Assembly: GCA_963978095.1 (NCBI GenBank)
Contig: CAXBQP010000044.1
Coordinates: 1 to 27,608, forward strand
Reading direction: 5' to 3'
From: an uncultured bacterium
GTDB taxonomy: Bacteria > Gemmatimonadota > Gemmatimonadetes > Gemmatimonadales > Gemmatimonadaceae
Length of the DNA stretch: 27,608 bases
Shown: positions 1-8,852 of the stretch, in pieces
Position numbering within the stretch: position 1 is the stretch's first letter
Layout: each line of letters starts with the position of its first letter
The notes under the pieces: model-generated
What the model saw: the letters and a program-made list of their open reading frames with translations, nothing else
Told to the model about the DNA's origin: nothing
Database searches by the model: none
Program-made: the position numbers and the translations under genes

Positions 1-2
1 CC

Positions 3-224
3 ATCGCCCGGTTCATCGACCAGTTCCCGGTCAACGGCCCCATCTCCCTGCAATCCGACATCGTCCGCTCCTACCCTCATGGCAGCCTGGCCGCCCACGT
101 GCTCGGCTACGTGAAGGACACCGATGAGCTGCCCGAGAAGGTCAACGAACTCGCCGACCTACCGACGGACAACCTCCAGAAACTCCAGTATACCGGCAAG
201 AAGGGTGCGGCCGGCATCGAGCAG
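3..224 (+). pseudogene. Fragment of a class B penicillin-binding protein (PBP2/MrdA or FtsI-like) dimerisation domain; open at the window start and broken at about 224
   Basis: Frame 3 reads IARFIDQFPVNGPISLQSDIVRSYPHGSLAAHVLGYV...YTGKKGAAGIEQ, matching the class B PBP motifs RxYPxG, AHxLGYV and GxxGIE. After GIEQ the frame becomes the antisense of the ABC ATPase and stops at 413. Confidence 0.7.
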
Positions 225-824
225 CACCAGATCATCGCATGTCCGCGCGGCGTCCGTCAGCTGATGGATCGACAACACCAGCCCGCGGCCACGTGCCGCG
301 TGCGCACGGAGGAGAGCGGCCACGTCGCGGACCTGGCGAAGGTCGAGTCCGTCGAACGGCTCGTCGAGCAACAGAAAGGGATGCGGCGTGAGCAGGCCGA
401 GCGCGATCAATAACCGCTTGCCTTGGCCTTTGCTCAGCTCCCCCACGCGCTGCGCGCGCAGCGCCGTGAGCAGGAGTGCCTCGTGCAGTTCGGCGACGAG
501 CGCGGCGGGTGCGCCGTGCACCGCCGCGAAGAAGCTGAGGACCTGCTCCACCGTCTGGTCCACCCACGGGCGAGCGCCGTCCGGCACCAGGAACACGGTG
601 GTCGCGTGACGCGCGCGCCCCGTGGGCCGGCCGTCGACCATCACGACGCCGCCGTCCGGCTCGTCGAGTCCGGCGATGCAGGCGAGGAGGGTGGACTTCC
701 CCGCACCGTTGGGTCCGATGAGCCCGGTCACGCGACCGGCGGCGGCGCGAAGCTCCGCGCCGCGCAGCGCCTCGATCGCGCCGAAACGGCGCGTGATATC
801 GGTGGCGTGCAGGAGGTGTGGCAT
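159..824 (-). CDS. ABC transporter ATP-binding protein; 3' end possibly not native
   Basis: Walker A GPNGAGKST, signature LSKGQ, Walker B LLLDEPFDGLD, H-loop SIHQL. The last ~16 codons overlap the PBP-like fragment. Confidence 0.9.
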   Translation of the reverse strand: MPHLLHATDITRRFGAIEALRGAELRAAAGRVTGLIGPNGAGKSTLLACIAGLDEPDGGVVMVDGRPTGRARHATTVFLVPDGARPWVDQTVEQVLSFFAAVHGAPAALVAELHEALLLTALRAQRVGELSKGQGKRLLIALGLLTPHPFLLLDEPFDGLDLRQVRDVAALLRAHAARGRGLVLSIHQLTDAARTCDDLVLLDAGRTLLAGILEFLEVVRR

Positions 825-839
825 GCGCCGTCGAACCGC

Positions 840-1442
840 TTAGCGGACCGTTCCGCCCCCGCGCCGATCGTCCGGCACGAAATGCCCGGCCGCCGGCATC
901 TTCACGGCCATGAGCGATGCCGAGTCCAGCACGGCGGCGGCGGGCAGAATGCCGTTGGCGACCAGGAGGTGCGCGGTGAGCGCGTAGACCTGTTCGTTCG
1001 TGAGCGAGCCCGGTGCCGTATGCGGCATCGCGCGGCGCAGGTAATCAAAGAGTGTCGTCGCGTTCGGCCAATAGTTGCCGATGGTCTTGGCGATTTTGGC
1101 GTCATTCGCGAATCCGAACGTCTCTCCAGCGGGGTCACGTCCGACGATCGGGGGATATGCGGGCGGCATCCCCTCACCCTTGGGGCCATGACATTGCGCG
1201 CACTGCGTCGCGTAGAGTGCCGCGCCTTCCGTGGCACTGCCTTTGCCGGCGGGCAATCCAGCGCCGTCTGGCCCGACATCGATATCGAGAGCGGCGATCT
1301 CCTGCGAGGTCACGGCCCGCCCGATCCCGTAGCGGGCGGGCGCATCACTGGACGCTTTTCCGCCGCACGCGGCGGCGACCGCCAGCATGGCGCACCGCGC
1401 TGTTGCGCGCACCGCAATGCGGATCGTTGTGGATTCGCGCAT
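840..1442 (-). CDS. soxD: Monoheme cytochrome c, SoxD-like partner of the sulfite dehydrogenase; probable lipoprotein
   Basis: One CAQCH heme motif; SoxD-like segments DIDVGPDGAGLPAGKGS, KTIGNYWPNATTLFDYLRRAMP and PGSLTNEQVYAL; lipobox-like VAAAC; 2 nt downstream of the soxC-like gene. Confidence 0.8.
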   Translation of the reverse strand: MRESTTIRIAVRATARCAMLAVAAACGGKASSDAPARYGIGRAVTSQEIAALDIDVGPDGAGLPAGKGSATEGAALYATQCAQCHGPKGEGMPPAYPPIVGRDPAGETFGFANDAKIAKTIGNYWPNATTLFDYLRRAMPHTAPGSLTNEQVYALTAHLLVANGILPAAAVLDSASLMAVKMPAAGHFVPDDRRGGGTVR

Positions 1443-1444
1443 CC

Positions 1445-2710
1445 TCAGGTCTCTCCGTGGAAGGAGACCTGGCCGTCCGGCGCGATACGCCAGCCGTAGA
1501 TCGGGTTGAAGTGGTAATCTGTGCCCTTCCCGCGCACCGCCAACAACTGGGCGCGCGTCGGTTGCACGTAGCCGGTTTCGTCAGTGGCGCGCGACAATAG
1601 ATGGTGTTCGCCGCCGCTCCACTCCCACATGCAGGAGAACCGCACATGCGCCTTGGCGAGGGCGGGCCCTTGGAGCTCGGCTTCCTGCCATCGCCGGCCG
1701 TTGTCGGTACTCACCTCGACCCGGGTGATCTTCCCGCGACCACTCCACGCGAGGCCGGTGATCGGATGCCATCCCTTGGCGATCGTGCGTGGCGCACAGG
1801 GCGACGTGATGACCGATTTGGCGTCCATCGCGAAGCTGAACTGACGTGCCGTCCCGCCGGGCAGCGGATCCGTGTACTTGGCCGTTTCCCATCGGGTCAT
1901 CCACGGCCGCATCCCCACTTCGATCCGCCGCAACCACTTCACATTGGTATTGCCCTCGAAACCGGGGAGCAGCAACCGCATCGGATAGCCCTGCTCCGGG
2001 CGCAACGGCTCGCCGTTCTGCGCCCAGACGACGAGCGCATCCTCGTACGCCTTGGGCATCGGGATGCTGCGCGCGAGCAGACAGGCATCGCCTCCCTCGG
2101 CGAGGAACCACTGTGCCTGCGCACGCGCGCCGACCTCGTGCATGAGGTCGGCGAGGCGCACGCCCGTCCACTCGGAGTTGCTGGTCATCCCGGCGATCTT
2201 CTGCGGCGTCAACTCCGCCTTCGGATCGCGGTACGCCCCGCGGCCATTTCCCGCACACTCGATGAAATGGACGCGCGTCACCTGGGGAAACCGCTTCAGA
2301 TCATCGACCGTGAATGCCATGGGGCGATCCACGAGACCATGCACCGTGAGCAGATGCCGGGCCGGATCGAGGAGCGGAACCCCGGCATGGTGCCGCTCGA
2401 AATGCAGGTCGGACGGCGTGATCGTACCGGCGAGATCCTGCAGCGGCGTGAACGACGTGCCGGTCACCTCGCCCGTCGGAGCGCGCGAGGCGGTGACGAA
2501 GCGTGAGCGACCGCCGACGGGCGAGGTTGGCGCCCCTTGCAACTTGGTCGCGTCCGGGGGAATGGCTGGAAGCGCGGGACCGACCGTGGCCGACTGCGAA
2601 CGCGCTGCCGCCGGCACGCCGACCAACGCGGCCCCGCCCGCCACTGCCGCACCGAGCAACAAGTCGCGTCGCGTGAGCGCCGCGCGCTCGGGGGACTCCG
2701 GATCAATCAT
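1445..2710 (-). CDS. soxC: Molybdopterin sulfite/sulfane dehydrogenase, SoxC-like (sulfite oxidase family), Tat-exported
   Basis: Tat motif TRRDLL; GTITPSDLHFERHH; Mo-ligating Cys in FIECAGN; QNGEPLRPEQGYPMRL; GLAWSGRGKI; SRATDETGYVQP. Start set at the ATG at 2710, 6 nt after GAGGAG; the ORF track extends to 2872. Confidence 0.88.
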   Translation of the reverse strand: MIDPESPERAALTRRDLLLGAAVAGGAALVGVPAAARSQSATVGPALPAIPPDATKLQGAPTSPVGGRSRFVTASRAPTGEVTGTSFTPLQDLAGTITPSDLHFERHHAGVPLLDPARHLLTVHGLVDRPMAFTVDDLKRFPQVTRVHFIECAGNGRGAYRDPKAELTPQKIAGMTSNSEWTGVRLADLMHEVGARAQAQWFLAEGGDACLLARSIPMPKAYEDALVVWAQNGEPLRPEQGYPMRLLLPGFEGNTNVKWLRRIEVGMRPWMTRWETAKYTDPLPGGTARQFSFAMDAKSVITSPCAPRTIAKGWHPITGLAWSGRGKITRVEVSTDNGRRWQEAELQGPALAKAHVRFSCMWEWSGGEHHLLSRATDETGYVQPTRAQLLAVRGKGTDYHFNPIYGWRIAPDGQVSFHGET

Positions 2711-3078
2711 GCGCATCTCCTCAGGCGCGGTGCCCACGAACAGAAGGGGACGATGAGCATGCCCCCAAAAGAACTCGCGTACGAACCTCGTGAAATGTAT
2801 GGCGTGGCCCAGGCAACCCGTGAGCGGAAGCCCGACCTGGGCGAGCACCGCCGGGATCGTCTGGTCGCGCAACCGAGTGGGCGCAGCTCGGTCTCACGGC
2901 AAAGTTACGGGGCGGAGCGGTGGACGCCACCCGGTGGACGTGTTGAAAGCTTCGCCCGGACGCAGCCCGCCCACTGGCGAAACCGCGGGTCCGGACAGCA
3001 CTTTGGAGGGCGTGCGCGTTTCTGAACGCACGCCTGGACCCGCAGCGCACGACCGCCCCAAACCCCCACCCTTCCCTT

Positions 3079-5733
3079 ATGCGACGCTCGACCTCTCGCG
3101 TCACCGCAGCCCTGCTCGTCGCAGCGGCCTGCGCCTCCCCGACCCCCGCGCCGTCACCGGCGCCGGCTCCTGCCCCTGCTCCGAGTCCTGCCGCGGGCGG
3201 CCGCGCGAATGTGCCGGCTCCGTCCGCGCCACGCGATTCCACGGTCCCCGATGCGCCCGCCGCTGGTCGCGGTGGACGCGGGGGCGCCGGTGGTGGCGCC
3301 GCGCAGGGAGGCGCCGGTGAGGCGACTCCCCAGCCGTACGCCCGCGTGGTGACGAGCGAGGCCAAGACGCGGGATGGCCTCTTCAAGATCCATCGGATCG
3401 GTGCACGACTGTTGTTCGAGATCCCGCGCGACCAGCTTGGCAAGGATCAGCTGCTCGTGACCGAGATCGCCAAGACGGTCCTCGGCTCGGGCTACGGCGG
3501 CCAGGCGGTGAGCAACAAGGTGTACCGCTGGGAGCGGCGCGAGAATCGCGTCTTCCTGCGCGGCGTCTCGTACGACGCGATCGTCGACCCGAAGGTCAAC
3601 GAGGCACGCGCCGTCGCCGACGCGAACGTCAATCCGATCGTCGCCGTGTTCAACGTCGAGAGCTACGGACGCGACAGTTCGATGGTGATCGACGTGTCGC
3701 GCCTGTTCACGCAGCCGCCGAGCGAACTCGGACCGGGGGCGCGCATTCCGGGCTCCGTTGACGCCACGCGCTCCTACATCGAGAGCGCCACGCCGTTCGT
3801 GGACAACGTGAATGTCTACGCGACGCTAACCTTCGCCCAAGCCGGCGGCGGTGGCCGCGGCGCCGCGGCGGCGCCGGCGGGACGTGGCGGCGCCCCGACG
3901 AACAACAACGCCTCCAACACCGTCGTGATGAGCTGGAGCTTCCATCGCCTGCCGGACAAGCCGATGATGGCGCGGCTGTGCGACGATCGCGTCGGCTATT
4001 TCTCGACGCGCTCCACGGATTACACCGACGTCGGCGACAAGGTGAACGAGAAGTGCTTCATCACCCGCTACCGTCTGGAGAAGAAGGATCCGAACGCGGC
4101 GCTGTCGGAGCCGGTCAAGCCGATCGTCTACTACATCGACCCGGCGACGCCCAAGAAGTGGATCCCGTGGTTCAAGAAGGCAATTGAAGACTGGCAGCCC
4201 GCCTTCGAGGCCGCCGGCTTCAAGAACGCGATCATCGCCAAGGAAGCGCCGAACGATCCCGACTGGTCCCCCGAGGACGCCCGCTACTCGGTGGTCCGCT
4301 GGCTCCCGTCGACCACGGAGAACGCCTCGGGGCCGAACGTGCACGACCCGCGCTCGGGTGAAATCCTGAACGCGCACATCCAGTTCTACCAGAACGTCCA
4401 GAAGCTGCAGCTGTCCTGGTACTTCACGCAGGCGGCGGCCGTGGATCCGCGCGCCCGCACCTTCCCGTTCAGTGACGAACTGATGGGGCGCCTGCTCGAG
4501 TACGTGCTGGCGCACGAAGTGGGCCATACGCTCGGCTTCCAGCACAACATGAAGGCGAGCGCCACGTATCCCACGGACTCCCTGCGGAGCGTCAGCTTCC
4601 TGAAGCAGTGGGGGCACACGCCCACGCTCATGGACTACTCGCGCTTCAACTACCTCGTGCAGCCCGAGGATAACGTCCCGGTGGATCTGCTCACCCCGGT
4701 CATCGGCCCCTACGACAAGTGGGCGACGATGTGGGGGTACAAGCCGATCGGTGCCGCGTCGCCGGAAGCCGAGCGCACCACACTTGATGCGTGGGCGCGC
4801 GAGCAGGACACGAAGCCCTACCTCCGCTTCTCGACCTCTGGCCAGGCCGGCTCCGACCCGGGCGATGAGACGGAAGCCGTGGGCGACCAGGACGCGACCA
4901 AGGCAACCGGTTGGGGCATCAAGAACATCAAGCGCGAGGTGGCGTACCTGGTCGGTGCCACCGTCAAGCCGACCGAGGGCTATGATGACCTGAACGAGCT
5001 CTACGGTCGCTTGATCGGTCAGTGGCGCACCGAACTGACGCACGTCACCAACGTGGTGGGCGGAGCGGAGTCGCAGGAGAAGTACGGGTCACAGAAGGGG
5101 GTCCGGTTCACGCCGGTCCCGAAGGCACGTCAGCAGGCGGCGGTGAAGTTCCTCAACGAGAACGCATTCGCCACGCCGACGTACTTCCTCGACCAGGACA
5201 TCCTGCGCAAGATCGAGCCCACGGGCTCGGTGCCCCGCATCCTGGCCGCGCAGAGCGGGATTCTGTCGTCGCTCCTGCAGCCCGCCCGCTTGATCCGCTT
5301 GGCGGAACACGACGGCATGTCCACCGGCAACGCGTATTCCATGCCGGAGCTTTTCGATGACCTGCGCCACGGTCTGTTCTCGGAGCTCGCCTCGGGCGCG
5401 AAGATCGACGTGTATCGCCGCGCCCTGCAGCGGGCCTACGTCGAGAACCTGAACCTCAAGCTCAATCCGCCGGCCGCAGCCGCTGGAGCAGCCGGGGGAC
5501 GTGGTGGTGGTGGCGGTGGCGGCGGCGGCCGTCCGCAGGCCCCGGCGCTCGACCCCAAGATGTCGGACATCAACGGCATCGTGCGGGCCGAGCTCAAGGC
5601 GCTCGACGCCGAGCTGAAGGCGGCATCCGGCAAGTCGACCGACCGCAACACCAAGGCGCATATCTCCGACCTGCGTCACCGCATCGCCGACGCCATCAAG
5701 GGCAAGGCTGGCGCGGGCGACGAAGAAGGGTGA
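3079..5733 (+). CDS. Zinc-dependent metalloprotease of the EcxA / DUF5117-DUF5118-DUF4953 type; lipoprotein
   Basis: Metzincin motif HEVGHTLGFQHN and Met-turn-like TLMDY; family motifs DDRVGYF, PVKPIVYYID, WQPAFEAAGFKNAI and DPRSGEIL; lipobox VAAAC followed by a Pro/Ala linker. Confidence 0.9.
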   Translation: MRRSTSRVTAALLVAAACASPTPAPSPAPAPAPAPSPAAGGRANVPAPSAPRDSTVPDAPAAGRGGRGGAGGGAAQGGAGEATPQPYARVVTSEAKTRDGLFKIHRIGARLLFEIPRDQLGKDQLLVTEIAKTVLGSGYGGQAVSNKVYRWERRENRVFLRGVSYDAIVDPKVNEARAVADANVNPIVAVFNVESYGRDSSMVIDVSRLFTQPPSELGPGARIPGSVDATRSYIESATPFVDNVNVYATLTFAQAGGGGRGAAAAPAGRGGAPTNNNASNTVVMSWSFHRLPDKPMMARLCDDRVGYFSTRSTDYTDVGDKVNEKCFITRYRLEKKDPNAALSEPVKPIVYYIDPATPKKWIPWFKKAIEDWQPAFEAAGFKNAIIAKEAPNDPDWSPEDARYSVVRWLPSTTENASGPNVHDPRSGEILNAHIQFYQNVQKLQLSWYFTQAAAVDPRARTFPFSDELMGRLLEYVLAHEVGHTLGFQHNMKASATYPTDSLRSVSFLKQWGHTPTLMDYSRFNYLVQPEDNVPVDLLTPVIGPYDKWATMWGYKPIGAASPEAERTTLDAWAREQDTKPYLRFSTSGQAGSDPGDETEAVGDQDATKATGWGIKNIKREVAYLVGATVKPTEGYDDLNELYGRLIGQWRTELTHVTNVVGGAESQEKYGSQKGVRFTPVPKARQQAAVKFLNENAFATPTYFLDQDILRKIEPTGSVPRILAAQSGILSSLLQPARLIRLAEHDGMSTGNAYSMPELFDDLRHGLFSELASGAKIDVYRRALQRAYVENLNLKLNPPAAAAGAAGGRGGGGGGGGGRPQAPALDPKMSDINGIVRAELKALDAELKAASGKSTDRNTKAHISDLRHRIADAIKGKAGAGDEEG

Positions 5734-5765
5734 TCGTGCACTGAGCCGGTGCACGCTCCGGACGA

Positions 5766-5801
5766 GACAACGGCCGGTCGCAGGCGCGACCGGCCGTTGT
5801 C
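5766..5801 (+). terminator. Strong hairpin downstream of the metalloprotease; probable intrinsic terminator
   Basis: Perfect 16-bp stem GACAACGGCCGGTCGC / GCGACCGGCCGTTGTC with loop AGGC, followed by a short GTTTC tail, 32 nt after the stop codon. Confidence 0.7.
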
Positions 5802-5950
5802 GTTTCCTGACGATCCGCGACCTCCGGTATCGAGCCGCGTGAGCTCCGATCCAGCGACGTCCACCGCCCTTGAAGGGTCCTCCCGAGCGGCTAACTTTCA
5901 AGGCTACCCCTGTTCCAGGCCATGCGCCGCCCGCTTCCCGAGAATCCGCG

Positions 5951-7111
5951 TTGACCGTTTCCGACATCGGTGCCTTCGTCCGCCGCCCGATCGCGCGCCC
6001 GCGCGGCCGGGCGCTCGTGGCGTGGGAACGCTGGGGCAGCGTGTCCGTGATCACGATCTGGGTGTTGCTGGTGGTCATCGCGACGGTCCAGCGCGGGGTC
6101 CTCTCCCAGGAACACACCACCTGGCCGATTTTCCGGCATTCGTACCCGCACTTGCTCGCGGGGGTGGATCTCTACGGCTACTACCCGAGCGAACAGGGAA
6201 GCGGCGCCGCGGACCTCTTCAAGTACAGCCCCACATGGGCGCTGCTGTACGGGGCGTTCTCCCCGTTCCCCTTCGCGCTCGGCCTGCTCCTCTGGAACAC
6301 CCTGAACGCGGCAGTCTTGTTCGCGGCAGTGCGCGCGTTGTTGCCCAAGCCGCACGCGACGTTGGCGCTGTTGCTCATGTCACCGTGGCTGCTCCACGCG
6401 GTGCAGAGCTCGTCGAGCAACGCCCTCGTGGCCGGACTGATCGTCATGGCGTACCTGGCGATGGAGCGGCGCAACCTCTGGGGCGCGGCCTTCAGCATCG
6501 CCGCGGGGACACTGATCAAGATCTTCCCGCTGGCCGCCGTCAGCTTCGCGCTCTTCCGTCCCGGCAAGCTCCGCATGGCGCTGGCGCTGACGGTGACGTT
6601 CGCCGTGATGATCGCGTTGCCGCTCGCCGTCATCAGCTGGGATTCGCTGCGCTTCCAGTATGCGAACTGGGAGCGCATGATCACGCTCGATGAAAACGAT
6701 CTGGTCTTCGGACGGTCGGTGCTGGGACTCGTGCGCAACCTCTCGGGCGTTCCGCTCCCGAACTGGCCAGCGCAGATGGTGGGCAGTGCCCTGCTCCTGG
6801 TGCCGCCGCTGATCCGGCGCGACCGGTGGACCGATGCGGCCTTCCGCTTGCGCTTCCTGTCGTCGTTGCTGGTGTTCGCGGTGATCTTCAATCACCAAGC
6901 GGAGCATCAGTCGTACATCATCGCCGCCACCGGTGTCGCCGTCTGGTTCGTGACCGCCGAGCACCGTGCGCTCTGGCGCGTGGCGATCCTGGCTGGGTGC
7001 CTGATCGGGTACGAGGCCGTGCCCTACACCATCGCCTGGCTGGTGATGATGCTCGAGTTGCTGCTCGCCTCACCACGGTCGCGGGAACGCGTCACCTTCG
7101 CGCACCCGTGA
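5951..7111 (+). CDS. GT87 / DUF2029 family polytopic membrane glycosyltransferase
   Basis: Many hydrophobic helices; motifs IFRHS...DLY, FKYSPTWALL, QSSSSNALVAGL, IKIFPL and VIFNHQAE. Start uncertain: TTG at 5951, the ORF is open from 5870. Confidence 0.8.
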   Translation: MTVSDIGAFVRRPIARPRGRALVAWERWGSVSVITIWVLLVVIATVQRGVLSQEHTTWPIFRHSYPHLLAGVDLYGYYPSEQGSGAADLFKYSPTWALLYGAFSPFPFALGLLLWNTLNAAVLFAAVRALLPKPHATLALLLMSPWLLHAVQSSSSNALVAGLIVMAYLAMERRNLWGAAFSIAAGTLIKIFPLAAVSFALFRPGKLRMALALTVTFAVMIALPLAVISWDSLRFQYANWERMITLDENDLVFGRSVLGLVRNLSGVPLPNWPAQMVGSALLLVPPLIRRDRWTDAAFRLRFLSSLLVFAVIFNHQAEHQSYIIAATGVAVWFVTAEHRALWRVAILAGCLIGYEAVPYTIAWLVMMLELLLASPRSRERVTFAHP

Positions 7112-8851
7112 TCAACGGACCGGGGCGTCGAGCAGATGACGCACGGCCGACTCGAGGCTTCGCGCCGTAAACGGCTTGGGGAGGAAATCCGACTGCTCCG
7201 CCACGAGCCCGGTCCGTTCCACGAGATCCTCGGCGTGACCTGACACGTACAACACGCGAGTGCTCGGGCGCTCAGCCCGCAACGCGAGCGCGAGGTCGCG
7301 TCCCCCGAGCTCCGGCATGAGCATGTCGGTGATCAGCAGGTGGATTTCCCCGGGATGCGCCCGCGACACCTGCAGCGCCTCCGTCCCATTGGACGCACTC
7401 AGCACCGTGCACCCCGAGCGTTCGAGCGCACGACGCATGAGCTGGCGAATCGGCTCCTCATCCTCCGCGACGAGCACCGTCTCGTTGCCCCCAGAAGGCC
7501 GCGCCGGGACGTCGTCGACCACCTCGGCTTCCGGCGTACCCGTCGCCTCCGGCCAGTAGATCGAAAAGCAGCTGCCTACGCCGAGTTCGCTGTCCACCAC
7601 GATGTGGCCACCGGACTGGTTGACGATTCCGTAGAGCATGGAGAGTCCGAGTCCGGTTCCGCGATCAAGGGATTTGGTCGAGAAGAACGGCTCGAAGATC
7701 CGGTCCAGATGTTCGCGCTTGATTCCCGTTCCCGTGTCGCGCACCTGCAGCAGGACCCAGTCGCCGGCGGGGACCCCTCGCGCGACGATCGGGTCGTCGG
7801 CCAGCACGCGTGCCCGCCCCGTGCGGATTCGCAGCACCCCGCCACCAGGCATCGCATCCCGCGCGTTGATGGCCAGGTTCAGCAGGACCTGCTCCGTCTG
7901 GCTACGGTCCGCAGAGATGAGACAGAAGTCGGCGGGCGTCCGGATCTGGATGTCGACATGCTCGGCAATGACGCGGCGCAGCATCGGCTCGACGGCGTAC
8001 ACGACGGCATTCAAGTCGAGCACCGCCAATCGCAGCGTCTGCTTGCGACTGAAAGCGAGCAGCTGTTGCGTCAGCAGTGTCGCGCGTCGCGCGGACTTCA
8101 CGATCTCATCGACATCACTGCGCTCGGAGCTCCCCGCCTTCAGATCTTCCTGGAGGAACTCGGCGTTGGAGAGGATGACCGTCATCAGATTGTTGAAGTC
8201 GTGCGCGATCCCGCCGGCGAGCCTCCCGACCGCGTCCATCTTCTGCGCCTGTTCCAACTGCGCCGCGAGCGAGCGCTGTTCGGTGACGTCGCGCCATGTC
8301 CAGACGCGGCCGATCGTGCGCTCGCCGATCCGCTGCGGCAGCGAGTAGCGCTCGAACACCCGACCATCGAGGAAGCGGACCACATCCGATGTCGGCTGTT
8401 CGGCGTTCTGCGCGGCGTCAGCGACCTCGGCCACCAGCGCGACGGGATCGGTCACCAGTTGCGACAGAAAGCCGAGGATGGCGGTCTCATCGCGCGCGCT
8501 CAAGACCGCGGCCGGGAGCTGGAGCAGCGCTGCGAACCGTGAGTTCGTCCGGACGATCCGGCCGTCCATGTCCACGACGACGATGCCATCGGCAGTGCTT
8601 TCCAGCGTCGCGGTCAACACCGAGAGGGCTTGGCTGACGCCGTCCTTCTCATCGAGGGCATCGCGCAGGCGTTGGAACCGGTCCGCGAGTTCGATGGACA
8701 CGTTCTCCATCGAGCGCTCCAGCATCGCCCGGTCCTCATCCGCCTGCACGTAGGCGGCCTCGACGGCGGCCAGCAGGGGGCGCAACGACTCGGGGACCGC
8801 GTCGGTGGACCCGAACTGCTTGCGCAGCTGCCGAGCGAGCAGCTTGTGCAC
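7112..8851 (-). CDS. Hybrid PAS sensor histidine kinase / response regulator (CckA-like architecture)
   Basis: PAS-like region LESTADGIVVVD; H-box GGIAHDFNNL; N-box NLAINARDAM; DTGTGI; FEPFFSTK; GTGLGLS; receiver motifs AEDE, ITDMLMP and LPKPF. GTG start 1 nt after the FIST stop. Confidence 0.93.
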   Translation of the reverse strand: MHKLLARQLRKQFGSTDAVPESLRPLLAAVEAAYVQADEDRAMLERSMENVSIELADRFQRLRDALDEKDGVSQALSVLTATLESTADGIVVVDMDGRIVRTNSRFAALLQLPAAVLSARDETAILGFLSQLVTDPVALVAEVADAAQNAEQPTSDVVRFLDGRVFERYSLPQRIGERTIGRVWTWRDVTEQRSLAAQLEQAQKMDAVGRLAGGIAHDFNNLMTVILSNAEFLQEDLKAGSSERSDVDEIVKSARRATLLTQQLLAFSRKQTLRLAVLDLNAVVYAVEPMLRRVIAEHVDIQIRTPADFCLISADRSQTEQVLLNLAINARDAMPGGGVLRIRTGRARVLADDPIVARGVPAGDWVLLQVRDTGTGIKREHLDRIFEPFFSTKSLDRGTGLGLSMLYGIVNQSGGHIVVDSELGVGSCFSIYWPEATGTPEAEVVDDVPARPSGGNETVLVAEDEEPIRQLMRRALERSGCTVLSASNGTEALQVSRAHPGEIHLLITDMLMPELGGRDLALALRAERPSTRVLYVSGHAEDLVERTGLVAEQSDFLPKPFTARSLESAVRHLLDAPVR

Positions 8852-8852
8852 G

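Noticed and set aside
99..413. 104-aa ORF as an independent gene
   Set aside because: Its first part is the interior of the PBP-like fragment (the frame is open from the window start) and the rest is antisense ABC sequence.
2960..3045. Moco or cobalamin riboswitch call
   Set aside because: Only short resemblances (CCAGGCG...GAAAC...CGCCCTCC on -, GCCCACTG on +). The conserved cores and expected spacing to the start codon are missing, so it is kept only as an unclassified structured region.
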